From Chitinophagales bacterium (GTDB lineage Bacteria; Bacteroidota; Bacteroidia; Chitinophagales; JADIYW01): a stretch of DNA of 64,000 nucleotides. The stretch is from positions 129,494 to 193,493 of the forward strand of contig JAXLTW010000001.1 in NCBI GenBank assembly GCA_046329865.1, read 5' to 3'. How positions within the stretch are numbered: the first letter of the stretch is position 1; each line of letters starts with the position of its first letter. Below are positions 52,301 to 61,332 of the stretch, one piece after another. Below the pieces are notes generated by a model. That model saw only the letters and a program-made list of their open reading frames with translations. It was not told the origin of the DNA and made no database searches. The position numbers were made by a program, and so were the translations under genes.

Positions 52301-53041
52301 ATGGACTTCAGCATTTTTACAGAAGCCGCAACATGGCTCAGCATTCTAACGCTTACCTTCATGGAAGTGGTATTGGGAATTGACAATATCATATTCATCA
52401 GTATCACGGCCGGGAAATTGCCTGCACACCAACAGGCACGTGCGCGAAGGATTGGTTTGCTGGGAGCTTTAGTATTCAGAATTCTGCTCTTACTAAGCAT
52501 CAAATGGATTATAGGACTTAAAGAACCGCTGTTTCACATCTTAGGATTTGGCGTTTCCGGGCGAAACCTGATCCTCCTGTTCGGCGGACTTTTTCTGTTG
52601 GCAAAGAGTACCACCGAAATTCACCACAAAATTGAGAAACCTGCAAAAGAAGAGACTGCGGGTAAAAATCCGGTGAAGAGCCCTTTCAATATTGTTGTGC
52701 TTCAAATCATGCTGTTAGACATCGTTTTCTCATTTGACTCTATTCTTACAGCCGTGGGTCTTACCCAACATGTCATCATTATGATTATTGCCGTCATTCT
52801 TTCCATGTTCATCATGATGGTATTTGCCGGCCCGGTCAGCCATTTCATCAACAAACATCCTACCTTGCAGATTTTGGCGCTTTCTTTCTTAATATTAATC
52901 GGTGTAACGCTGATACTGGAAGGCATGCCGGAAGGACTGGGGCTGCATGTATCTAAAGGGTACATTTATTTTGCCATCTTCTTCTCCCTGACGGTAGAAT
53001 TCCTGAATATTCGATTCCGTTCAAAAAATAAGCAAGATTAA
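52301..53041 (+). CDS. TerC-family integral membrane protein
   Basis: 246 aa with seven TM segments. Carries TerC-like LGIDNIIFIS and FSFDSILTAVG. Confidence 0.85.
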   Translation: MDFSIFTEAATWLSILTLTFMEVVLGIDNIIFISITAGKLPAHQQARARRIGLLGALVFRILLLLSIKWIIGLKEPLFHILGFGVSGRNLILLFGGLFLLAKSTTEIHHKIEKPAKEETAGKNPVKSPFNIVVLQIMLLDIVFSFDSILTAVGLTQHVIIMIIAVILSMFIMMVFAGPVSHFINKHPTLQILALSFLILIGVTLILEGMPEGLGLHVSKGYIYFAIFFSLTVEFLNIRFRSKNKQD

Positions 53042-53089
53042 CAGTATCAGTGCATCTAAAATACTACTTTTATCGTTCTATTAACGGAT

Positions 53090-54760
53090 ATGAAAAAACG
53101 CTTTTTGTTATTTGTTTTATTGCTGGGAAGTTTCATCGGGCACACCCATGCACAGATGTACCAGCAAAAAATGGGCACCTTTCTGAATCTTCTGGACAAC
53201 TACTATGTTGAAAAGACCAACCTGGATTCTTTAGTTGAAATAGGCATCAAAGAAATACTGAAAAAACTCGACCCGCATTCTGTCTATATGAATGCTGAAG
53301 AAATTAAAAAAGCGAATGAACCGTTGGAGGGTAACTTTGAAGGGGTAGGTGTGCAGTTCCAGATTTACCAGGACACCATCATCGTGGTACATGTCATTAC
53401 AGGAGGTCCTTCTCAAAAAGTGGGCGTACAGGACGGTGACAAAATTATTTTTGTTGACACGGCAAAGGTAGCAGGTGTCGGCATCAGCAACGATGGCGTA
53501 TTCAAAAAATTACGGGGCAGGAAGGGAACGAAGGTAAGCATCAAAGTAAAGCGCGTAGGTGAACCGGATTTACTGGAATTTGAAATCATCCGTGACAAGA
53601 TACCTATCTATGCCATTGAAGCGCAATACATGGCGACACCGGAAATCGGCTATATCAAACTGGCACGGTTTTCCAATACCGCTACGGAAGAGACGAAAGC
53701 CGCGATAGATTCATTAGTAAAACTTGGTGCCAAAAAACTGATTCTCGACCTTACGGGCAATGGTGGTGGCTACCTTAATCAAGCCCACAGCCTTTCCGAT
53801 TTATTCCTGGATGAAGGCAAACTCGTCGTCTATTCCGAAGGCCGCTCACAACCCCGCATAGACTTGAATGCTACCAAAATGGGAAATTTTGAAAAAGGAG
53901 ATTTGGTCATTATGGTGGACCAGACAACAGCATCCGCGAGTGAAATCGTATCCGGCGCTATTCAGGATTGGGACAGAGGTTTGATTATCGGAAGAAGAAC
54001 CTATGGCAAAGGGTTGGTACAAAAAGGCTATCCGCTTCCTGATATGTCCGTTGTAAGGCTGACGATGGCACATTACTACACACCGAGCGGCAGAAACATC
54101 CAAAAACCTTATGAGAAGGGACTTGAAAACTACAACGAGGACCTGGAACAACGCTTTGAAAGCGGAGAATTATTTGACTCTGCAAAAGTGAAGATAAATG
54201 ACTCCACCCGTTATTATACCAACAAAAAAAGAATCGTTTACGGAGGTGGGGGAATTATCCCGGATATTTTCGTGGGAATAGATACGTCGTGGAGTTCTAA
54301 ATTCTACGGCAAGCTGATACGCTCCGGCTCTTTTAATCAGTTTGCACTTGAATATGTCAATAATAATCGGGCACTGCTGGACAAAATGTTTCCGACGCAA
54401 GAATCTTTCATCAAAGGTTTTACAATCGATTCCGCCTTGTTAGACAAATTCTATTCTTTTGCGAAAACTAAAAAAGTGGAGCCGGATTCGGCAGAGAATT
54501 TCAGCAGAAGTATACCGACAATCATAAACCAACTAAAAGGCATCATAGGACAGGACATCTGGAGCGGTGGTATATTCTATCAGGTCACTAATGAACAAAA
54601 TCCGGTATACCTGAGAGCACTGAATGCATTTAAGGATGGTTCTTTCGGGAAGTTTGGCATTGAAACGGCCGATGCTAAAAAGAAAGAAGAATCCGTCAAG
54701 GATAAAATAAGAAAGAAAAAAGCATCCAGAAAAAACAATAAGAACGATTCCAAAAAATGA
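53090..54760 (+). CDS. S41-family carboxy-terminal processing peptidase
   Basis: 556 aa with a signal peptide, a PDZ-like GGPSQKVGVQDGDKII segment and catalytic regions DLTGNGGG and TASASEI. Lys-rich C-terminal tail. Confidence 0.85.
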   Translation: MKKRFLLFVLLLGSFIGHTHAQMYQQKMGTFLNLLDNYYVEKTNLDSLVEIGIKEILKKLDPHSVYMNAEEIKKANEPLEGNFEGVGVQFQIYQDTIIVVHVITGGPSQKVGVQDGDKIIFVDTAKVAGVGISNDGVFKKLRGRKGTKVSIKVKRVGEPDLLEFEIIRDKIPIYAIEAQYMATPEIGYIKLARFSNTATEETKAAIDSLVKLGAKKLILDLTGNGGGYLNQAHSLSDLFLDEGKLVVYSEGRSQPRIDLNATKMGNFEKGDLVIMVDQTTASASEIVSGAIQDWDRGLIIGRRTYGKGLVQKGYPLPDMSVVRLTMAHYYTPSGRNIQKPYEKGLENYNEDLEQRFESGELFDSAKVKINDSTRYYTNKKRIVYGGGGIIPDIFVGIDTSWSSKFYGKLIRSGSFNQFALEYVNNNRALLDKMFPTQESFIKGFTIDSALLDKFYSFAKTKKVEPDSAENFSRSIPTIINQLKGIIGQDIWSGGIFYQVTNEQNPVYLRALNAFKDGSFGKFGIETADAKKKEESVKDKIRKKKASRKNNKNDSKK

Positions 54761-56010
54761 TTACCATCCGACCTTTTAAAGGACTTCGTCCGCGAAAAGA
54801 CATTACTGACAAGGTAGCAGCCAAACCATACGATGTTTTAAACTCTGCGGAAGCGAAAGAAGAAGCAAAAGACAATCCGTATTCTTTTCTGCACATATCA
54901 AAACCGGAAATCAATTTCGACCAACCGACAGATCAGTATGCGGATGCTGTTTATGAGAAAGGGAAAGAAATCTTCGAGCGGTTTATCAAAGAGGGCATCC
55001 TGGTCCGGGATGAAAAACGCTGTCTGTATATCTATGCACAAACGATGGATGGCAGAACACAAACCGGTTTGGTGGCAGGTAGTTCAATCGATGACTACTT
55101 TAACAACAAGATAAAAAAACACGAACTCACCCTGGTAGCAAAAGAGAATGACCGGATCCGGCACATGAAAACCAAGATGGCACAACCCGGCATGGTTTTT
55201 CTGACCTATAAGAGCGTTCCGGAGATTGATGCCATCATCGAACATTACTGCGGACACCATACTGCTGAAAATGATTTTATTGACTCACAAAACGTGCGTC
55301 ATCAGCTATGGAAAATTGACAACGAAAATATCATTGCCAAGCTGGTGGATTTGTTCCACGAAAAGGTACCTGCGAGTTATATCGCGGACGGACATCACCG
55401 TTCGGCAGCATCGGCAAAAGTTGGGCAACAATTAAGAGCTGAGCATCCGGATTATACCGGAAATGAGCCGTACAACTATTTTTTGTCGTGTCTTTTTCCA
55501 TCCAATCAACTGCAGATACAGGATTATAACCGCCTGGTAAAAGACATGAACGGACTTACCGAAGAAGAACTGCTGAGTAAGATTGGGGAGCAATTTGACA
55601 TTGAAAAAAAAGGCGCCTCCATTTATAAACCGACGCAACTGCACGAATTTTCGATGTATGTAAATGGTAACTGGTACAAACTGACTGCAAAGAAAAACAC
55701 CTATGATGAGCATGACCCGATTGGCGTATTGGATGTAACTATTTTAAGCAATAGTATATTGGACCCTGTTTTGGGTATCAAAGACCAGCGAACCGACAAA
55801 CGGATTGATTTTGTGGGTGGCATCCGAGGCCTGGGTGAGTTACAGAAGCGGGTGGATAGCGGCGAGATGAAAATCGCGTTTGCATTTTATCCCGTTTCCT
55901 TAGATCAGCTGATTGCAATAGCAGATACCGGAAATATTATGCCACCGAAATCCACCTGGTTTGAACCCAAACTGAAATCGGGATTGGTAATTAATTTGTT
56001 GAATGAATAA
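54757..56010 (+). CDS. DUF1015 domain-containing protein
   Basis: 417 aa. The N-terminus IRPFKGLRP...PYDVL and IADGHHR are typical. ATGA overlap with the peptidase gene. Confidence 0.8.
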   Translation: MITIRPFKGLRPRKDITDKVAAKPYDVLNSAEAKEEAKDNPYSFLHISKPEINFDQPTDQYADAVYEKGKEIFERFIKEGILVRDEKRCLYIYAQTMDGRTQTGLVAGSSIDDYFNNKIKKHELTLVAKENDRIRHMKTKMAQPGMVFLTYKSVPEIDAIIEHYCGHHTAENDFIDSQNVRHQLWKIDNENIIAKLVDLFHEKVPASYIADGHHRSAASAKVGQQLRAEHPDYTGNEPYNYFLSCLFPSNQLQIQDYNRLVKDMNGLTEEELLSKIGEQFDIEKKGASIYKPTQLHEFSMYVNGNWYKLTAKKNTYDEHDPIGVLDVTILSNSILDPVLGIKDQRTDKRIDFVGGIRGLGELQKRVDSGEMKIAFAFYPVSLDQLIAIADTGNIMPPKSTWFEPKLKSGLVINLLNE

Positions 56011-56017
56011 TTTTTTT

Positions 56018-56025
56018 TATCTTTA
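56018..56025 (+). promoter_or_regulatory. candidate promoter: -7 box TATCTTTA with -33 TTTG (55995-55998), 19-nt spacing
   Basis: 7/8 match to TAnnTTTG. It ends 4 nt before the ATG of the polycysteine sORF. Confidence 0.4.
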
Positions 56026-56029
56026 TTAT

Positions 56030-56071
56030 ATGAACCGGAAGAAAAATACGAAATGCTGCTGCACTTGCTGA
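56030..56071 (+). CDS. candidate leader peptide MNRKKNTKCCCTC (four Cys, three consecutive)
   Basis: ATG AAC CGG AAG AAA AAT ACG AAA TGC TGC TGC ACT TGC TGA, read directly. It lies in the leader of the Cys/Met-metabolism PLP enzyme gene and is followed by a terminator. Below the ORF-track size cutoff. Confidence 0.45.
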   Translation: MNRKKNTKCCCTC

Positions 56072-56103
56072 AGCGGTAATAGTATTTATAAATAATAAGA
56101 TTT

Positions 56104-56140
56104 AAAACCGCTTGTATTTTTTGCAGGCGGTTTTTTATTT
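56104..56140 (+). terminator. intrinsic terminator / candidate attenuator upstream of the transsulfuration gene
   Basis: AAACCGCTTG-9 nt-CAGGCGGTTT is a 10-bp stem with one G-U, followed by TTTTTTATTT. The 5' arm ACCGCTT can pair alternatively with AAGCGGT (56071-56077). Confidence 0.75.
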
Positions 56141-56153
56141 GGTAAATTTGAAT

Positions 56154-56213
56154 AGTTATTCTGAGCATAGTAAAGAATCTTTTGATGAGATTCCCGCTTT
56201 CGAGAGAATGACA
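56154..56213. repeat. palindromic element of the GTCATTCTGAGC...AGAATC family in the 5' leader
   Basis: Arms are AGTTATTCTGAGCATAGTAAAGAATC (56154-56179) and, inverted, TGTCATTCTCTCGAAAGCGGGAATCTC (reverse complement of 56187-56213). Confidence 0.7.
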
Positions 56214-56216
56214 ATA

Positions 56217-56251
56217 AAATACTTATTACTCAGTACTAATTACTAAATACT
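56217..56251. repeat. five phased heptamers NNNTACT (TACT at 56220, 56227, 56234, 56241, 56248)
   Basis: Read directly. The last unit ends 9 nt before ATG 56260. Same period-7 TACT pattern as 13051-13078. Confidence 0.85.
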
Positions 56252-56259
56252 AAACAACA

Positions 56260-57399
56260 ATGAAATTTGCAACCAAGGTCATTCATGCAGGCATAGAGCC
56301 GGACGCCACTTCAGGCGCTATCATGACGCCGATTTTCCAGACATCCACGTATGTGCAGGACGCACCCGGCGTACACAAAGGGTATGAATATGCCCGCACG
56401 CAAAACCCCACACGCAACGTACTGCAGAACCAGCTCGCCGCATTAGAAAACGGCAATTACGGAATCTGTTTTGCCAGCGGACTGGCGGCTACGGATGCGA
56501 TTGCCAAACTATTCAGCAGCGGCGATCATATTATTTCCTGCAATGATTTATACGGCGGCACCTATCGTATCTTCACCAAAGTATTCGGACGATTTGGTCT
56601 GGATTTTACATTTGTGGACATGACAGATGTAGCCAATATTGAAAAAGCGATTACCCCAAAAACAAAATTGATCTGGATTGAATCGCCGACCAATCCGATG
56701 CTGAATATTGTGGACATTGCGGCAGTTTGTTCTCTGGCCAGGAAGCACAATTTATTAGTTTGTGTTGACAACACCTTTGCATCCCCGTATTTGCAAACCC
56801 CGTTAGACATCGGTGCCGACATCGTTATCCATTCCGCCACAAAATATTTAGGCGGACACAGTGATGTGATACACGGCGCCATTGTAGTAAAAGAAAAGGC
56901 GCTGGCCGACCAGTTATATTTCCTTCAAAATGCATGCGGCGCCGTTCCGGGTCCGCAGGATTGTTTTTTAATTCTGCGAGGTATCAAAACCCTGCATATC
57001 CGGGTGGAACGCGCCTGTGAGAATGCAGAAAAGATTGCCACCTTTTTAAAGTCTCATCCAAAAGTGGAAAAAGTGAACTACCCCGGATTTGCCGAACACA
57101 AGGGGCATGAGATTGCAAAGAAGCAAATGAAAAAATTTGGGGCGATGGTGTCTTTCTCGTTGAAAGATGACAGCCTGCAAGCAGCCAATAAAGTTTTATC
57201 TTCCACCCATTTATTCTCACTGGCAGAATCATTGGGAGGCGTAGAGAGTTTGATCGGACATCCCGCCACCATGACACACGGAAGCATACCACTGGAAGAA
57301 CGCCAGAAAACAGGTGTGGTGGATTCCTTAATTCGTTTAAGCGTAGGTATTGAAGATGCCGACGATTTAATAGAAGATCTGAAAAAGGCATTGGGGTAA
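56260..57399 (+). CDS. Cys/Met-metabolism PLP-dependent enzyme (cystathionine gamma-synthase/gamma-lyase/beta-lyase family)
   Basis: 379 aa. Carries TKVIHAG, TPIFQTSTY and the PLP-lysine motif SATKYLGGHSD. Confidence 0.85.
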   Translation: MKFATKVIHAGIEPDATSGAIMTPIFQTSTYVQDAPGVHKGYEYARTQNPTRNVLQNQLAALENGNYGICFASGLAATDAIAKLFSSGDHIISCNDLYGGTYRIFTKVFGRFGLDFTFVDMTDVANIEKAITPKTKLIWIESPTNPMLNIVDIAAVCSLARKHNLLVCVDNTFASPYLQTPLDIGADIVIHSATKYLGGHSDVIHGAIVVKEKALADQLYFLQNACGAVPGPQDCFLILRGIKTLHIRVERACENAEKIATFLKSHPKVEKVNYPGFAEHKGHEIAKKQMKKFGAMVSFSLKDDSLQAANKVLSSTHLFSLAESLGGVESLIGHPATMTHGSIPLEERQKTGVVDSLIRLSVGIEDADDLIEDLKKALG

Positions 57400-57444
57400 A
57401 TTAAAACGGGTTAGCGCGGTACGGGACAATCTTTTTAGTATATT

Positions 57445-57474
57445 GAGATTGCTTCTCTTCATTCGCAATGATGA
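57445..57474. repeat. single arm of the GTCATTGCGA...GAAGCAATC repeat family (minus orientation)
   Basis: The reverse complement is TCATCATTGCGAATGAAGAGAAGCAATCTC. Confidence 0.6.
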
Positions 57475-57486
57475 GATATCTTAGAC

Positions 57487-58164
57487 ATGAGTTACACACT
57501 TATCATACTGGCCATCGCACCGGCATTAGCCATTTGCGGATACATCATCCATAAAGACAGGTTTGAGAAAGAACCCATCTGGCTGATGATAGCCGCCTTC
57601 TGCTTTGGAGTATTCAGTGTATTTCCGGCAAGCATTTCCAGCCTGATGGGAGCAAGTTTTGTTACAAATAACGGCAATCTCATCAATTCTGCGCTGTATG
57701 CATTCTGGGTGGTTGCGCTGAGTGAAGAATTTGCGAAATTCTTTTTTCTGAGATACATCCTGTTCAAACGCAAAGAATTTAATGAGCCGTTGGATGGGAT
57801 AGTGTATGCCGTGATGATAGGAATGGGATTCGCATCCTTTGAAAACCTGCTGTATGTAGCACAACACGGCCTTGGTGTCGCACTGTTCAGAATGGTGACG
57901 GCGATACCCGCACATGCTGTATTTGCCGTGACTATGGGATACCATATAGGACTAGCAAAATTTGACACCACCCACTCCAACGAGTTGATGCGGAAAGGAC
58001 TGATTTATCCAATATTGTTGCACGGCGCGTACGATTTTTTACTGATACAGCAAAGTATCCCATTGTTGTCCATTTTAGCGTTTGTCGGCCTTTGGTTTTC
58101 TGTACGATATGTATGGACCATTTTACAGGAAACTCATGGCGAACAACCTCCACCCAACACCTAA
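57487..58164 (+). CDS. PrsW-family intramembrane metalloprotease
   Basis: 225 aa, polytopic. Carries EEFAKFFFL and HAVFAVTMGY, plus a HGAYD-like motif. Confidence 0.8.
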   Translation: MSYTLIILAIAPALAICGYIIHKDRFEKEPIWLMIAAFCFGVFSVFPASISSLMGASFVTNNGNLINSALYAFWVVALSEEFAKFFFLRYILFKRKEFNEPLDGIVYAVMIGMGFASFENLLYVAQHGLGVALFRMVTAIPAHAVFAVTMGYHIGLAKFDTTHSNELMRKGLIYPILLHGAYDFLLIQQSIPLLSILAFVGLWFSVRYVWTILQETHGEQPPPNT

Positions 58165-58174
58165 TAAACCGAGT

Positions 58175-58933
58175 ATGATAACACAAAAAACAGTAGATAT
58201 CCTCGAGTTTTATTATGCAAAATATAACCGTCCGGATTTTATATCCCTCGACCCGATTTCCATTCCACACCGCTTCAGCAAAAAACAGGATATTGAAATT
58301 GCCGGCTTGTTTGCCGCTACGCTGGCATGGGGCAACCGCACTTCCATCATCAACAGTTGCACTAAACTGCTAACTCTTTTGGATAACAGTCCGCATGATT
58401 TTATACTGAATCATTCCGTAAAAGAATTAAAACCGTTTAATCATTTTGTACATCGCACTTTCAACACCACGGATGTATTGTATTTTATTGAATTCCTGAA
58501 GCAGCACTATTCCAAACAGGATTCTCTGGAAGATTTATTTCTGGCGAACAATACGGAACAAGGGCTTGTACAGTTTCATCAACAGTTTTTTTCACTGTCG
58601 GATTATCCGGAACGCACCAGAAAACATGTGGCAACACCGGAGAGAAAATCGACCTGCAAGCGATTGAACATGTATCTGAGATGGATGGTCAGGAAAGATA
58701 ATAACGGAGTAGATTTCGGAATATGGAAGAAGATAGAACCGAAAGACTTATTCATACCGCTCGATGTTCATGTAGAGAAGTATGCACGTCGTTTAAACTT
58801 AATAGAAAGAAAACAACGCGACTGGTTGACAGTTTGCGAATTAACTGCTAACTTAAGGATGATTGATAAAAAAGATCCTGTCCGTTTTGATTTTGCATTG
58901 TTCGGCATGGGTATAGAGAAAATAATTTTATAA
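58175..58933 (+). CDS. TIGR02757/DUF2400 family protein
   Basis: 252 aa counted from ATG 58175 (MITQKTVD). The block DPISIPHRFSKKQDIEIAGLFAATLAWGNR is typical. The track start at 58082 overlaps prsW. Confidence 0.7.
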   Translation: MITQKTVDILEFYYAKYNRPDFISLDPISIPHRFSKKQDIEIAGLFAATLAWGNRTSIINSCTKLLTLLDNSPHDFILNHSVKELKPFNHFVHRTFNTTDVLYFIEFLKQHYSKQDSLEDLFLANNTEQGLVQFHQQFFSLSDYPERTRKHVATPERKSTCKRLNMYLRWMVRKDNNGVDFGIWKKIEPKDLFIPLDVHVEKYARRLNLIERKQRDWLTVCELTANLRMIDKKDPVRFDFALFGMGIEKIIL

Positions 58934-58979
58934 ATCTATATAGTAAAACATCGTCTTTATTTGACATCGGAATTCTTAA

Positions 58980-59318
58980 ATGCCAATCATGGAAAACGAA
59001 CAAAAAATTCAGGAGTACACCCTACAATTGCTGGAAGAGAACAGCATTTCATTTAATTCATTCAGCGAATTCAGGAAACACATCATTCAGCGAATCAACG
59101 ACTGGATTAATAACGATTTTGAGCACTTATTGTATCTCCTCTACAGAATTGATGTTCATGAAGATAAAGTTCGCAAACTGATGAAAGCGCATCAGGGGGA
59201 GAATGCCGCCGAGATAATCGCTGATTTGATTATAGACCGGCAAAAACAAAAAATAGAAACCCGTAAACTATTCAAAACACAGAAACCCGCCGACGTTAAC
59301 GAAGACGAATTATGGTGA
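58980..59318 (+). CDS. hypothetical protein
   Basis: 112 aa, helical composition. Its 7-nt overlap with the next ORF suggests translational coupling. Confidence 0.55.
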   Translation: MPIMENEQKIQEYTLQLLEENSISFNSFSEFRKHIIQRINDWINNDFEHLLYLLYRIDVHEDKVRKLMKAHQGENAAEIIADLIIDRQKQKIETRKLFKTQKPADVNEDELW

Positions 59319-60031
59319 AATCCTCATCCGAAATTCCTGTTCAATACTCCTGTAAGATATTGCCACTCGGCAACTGGTTCTCTATAGGTGTTAGTGTAAT
59401 TATTTCTTTAGGAATTTTATTTATAGGCATCTCTGCACATATTCCTGTATGGCTGCTCGTCTTAGGTATTGTTGGATTGATGTTTTACATTGTAACGATC
59501 ATCTCCTGTGTTGCCACCTTCACTTTGACAGCATCCACCCTGCAACGAAACCTGGAGAACCCGGGGTTCCTGCTACGAAAAAATGTATTCCTGCTGCACC
59601 ACTGGAACGATGTGAAAGGGTATAAAAACGGCACAGACCGCGGACGTTACAGAGGAGAGTATGAGTATCTGGAAATTAAATTTAAGAATGGTGAAGTGTG
59701 GGTATTGAATGATATGGACGGTGCCAAAAAAGCTGAATTTAAACTTTTCCTTTCTTATTTCATAGCTCAGGTTGAAAACTATAATCAGTCGATACAGCCT
59801 GCGAAAGAGGATACTAAAATGCCTGCTTCCGCTACGCCCATTAAGCGCAAAAAAACCATCTATGAGACCCTCTGGGGTAAGCTGTTCACCTTATTGCTTG
59901 GCCTGTTTATACTGGCTGTCATTGGATTCGGATTGCCCTACATGGGCTCCACTTCTTTTTTCAAATTAACGGTGGTGATTATTCCCGGATTTATGTATAT
60001 GGCCTACCGCGTCTTTATCAAAAAAGGGTAG
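59312..60031 (+). CDS. hypothetical membrane protein (TM pair - soluble ~100-aa domain - TM pair)
   Basis: 239 aa with hydrophobic segments at aa ~20-75 and ~190-230. The central beta-rich domain (YEYLEIKFKNGEVWVLNDMD) has no recognisable motif. Confidence 0.55.
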   Translation: MVKSSSEIPVQYSCKILPLGNWFSIGVSVIISLGILFIGISAHIPVWLLVLGIVGLMFYIVTIISCVATFTLTASTLQRNLENPGFLLRKNVFLLHHWNDVKGYKNGTDRGRYRGEYEYLEIKFKNGEVWVLNDMDGAKKAEFKLFLSYFIAQVENYNQSIQPAKEDTKMPASATPIKRKKTIYETLWGKLFTLLLGLFILAVIGFGLPYMGSTSFFKLTVVIIPGFMYMAYRVFIKKG

Positions 60032-60043
60032 TACGGACAGGTT

Positions 60044-61072
60044 TCACGCTTCGAAGAAATGCGTCTGACCTTTGTAAAAATCCTCTTTTACTTCGCCTAC
60101 GAGTTCCGTATCAAAGATGGCAGGCCGTTCGCTGATTTCATGATAACAAATCACGCCTTCCGCAAAATAATGAGCCACTACGCTTTTTCGTGTCAACGCC
60201 GGATTCAACATAATCTCTCCGGCATGTATCAGATTGCCATGCCAAATGAAAACATCCCCTTTCTTTGCTGTAAAGATTTTCTTTTGCAGATTATTCCCAT
60301 CAATCAACTCCTGCACCTTTGCTTCATATTTTTTATTGGCATTTCCGTCTAGCAGATATTTTGTACTCGTATTTGGATAATCGTTGTTTGTAAGGTAGGG
60401 CAACAGGTGCGACTTTTGATAGTAGGACAAGGGGCCTTGTTCTATCGAAATATCTTCCAGCGCAAACCATGCCGCTATGAGATACCCTTGCGGAAAGGTA
60501 CTCATGTGGATATAATCGGAATGCGGAGCCTGCTCACTGCCTTTTAAGAAATTAATCGTCTGGAATGGCAACACTTTTTTACCCAACAGAAACGACAACA
60601 ACTCCAGCAGCCGCTTGTCTTTAATCACTTTCCGCAGCGTGTAGGATTGTCTGTATGCATTGAAAATTTTTCTGCCGGTATAATTAAAATCAACCGCTTT
60701 CTTATTCAATAATTCATCTATATCCTGATTGATATCGTCCACTGTTTCACTGCTCAGGAAATTTTTCCAGATAATATAGCCATTCTCCTGCCAGTCCAAT
60801 ACCTGTCCGGATATCTCTTCCGGAAAGTGTGTAAATAAGGGATGATTTTCTATATCTGACCTGCTTACAATCCCATCCAGCCAGGGAGTTTTAGCCCGCA
60901 TTCCCTCAAAATCCTTATGGGAGAGGGACGCATACAGTGATTTCTTAATACCATAATAGGGATACAAATGCTCATTGTGCTTCAATCCTTTCCGATGCAG
61001 CCAGTTATACAAATAATGAAAGAATCGTATATTTCGGATGAAACCGGTATAGTGCTGAATAAACTTTTTCAT
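60044..61072 (-). CDS. phytanoyl-CoA dioxygenase (PhyH) family Fe(II)/2-oxoglutarate oxygenase
   Basis: 342 aa. HSD facial-triad motif (APHSDYIH) with a distal His (WHGNLIHAG) and R/K (TRKS). Confidence 0.65.
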   Translation of the reverse strand: MKKFIQHYTGFIRNIRFFHYLYNWLHRKGLKHNEHLYPYYGIKKSLYASLSHKDFEGMRAKTPWLDGIVSRSDIENHPLFTHFPEEISGQVLDWQENGYIIWKNFLSSETVDDINQDIDELLNKKAVDFNYTGRKIFNAYRQSYTLRKVIKDKRLLELLSFLLGKKVLPFQTINFLKGSEQAPHSDYIHMSTFPQGYLIAAWFALEDISIEQGPLSYYQKSHLLPYLTNNDYPNTSTKYLLDGNANKKYEAKVQELIDGNNLQKKIFTAKKGDVFIWHGNLIHAGEIMLNPALTRKSVVAHYFAEGVICYHEISERPAIFDTELVGEVKEDFYKGQTHFFEA

Positions 61073-61105
61073 TCTGTTTATAAAGATAAATGTTTAATTT
61101 TAAGT

Positions 61106-61303
61106 ATGGCTAAGAAGCAAAAACATTTCGCGAAGGAGGTTCCGCCTTCCATAAATGAAAAGAAAACCGTTCATACAGAACTACCTTCAGAAGCCCATAC
61201 AGCAGCCATACAGGGATATGAATCCATGAAAGAGACATTGATGCCGGAACTGGAAGAGTTGGTTAAGAAAAACCCTAACCGCCTGATTGGCTGCGGCGGA
61301 TAA
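61106..61303 (+). CDS. small hypothetical protein ending in GCGG
   Basis: 65 aa counted from ATG 61106 (MAKKQKHF...). The track ORF (60968) extends antisense into the PhyH gene. Divergent from PhyH with only a 33-nt gap. Confidence 0.4.
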   Translation: MAKKQKHFAKEVPPSINEKKTVHTELPSEAHTAAIQGYESMKETLMPELEELVKKNPNRLIGCGG

Positions 61304-61332
61304 TAGTTTTATAATAAAGCGCTGATACATCT

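Noticed and set aside
56053-56079. Alternative-frame sORF MLLHLLKR overlapping the polycysteine sORF
   Set aside because: It is shorter and starts 28 nt downstream of the promoter-like box. A Leu-rich leader makes no functional sense before a Cys/Met gene. It is kept as a caveat, not a feature.
56011-56259. SAM riboswitch upstream of the Cys/Met PLP enzyme gene
   Set aside because: No SAM-I or SAM-II-like conserved core was seen. The region is better explained by the sORF/terminator unit plus repeats.
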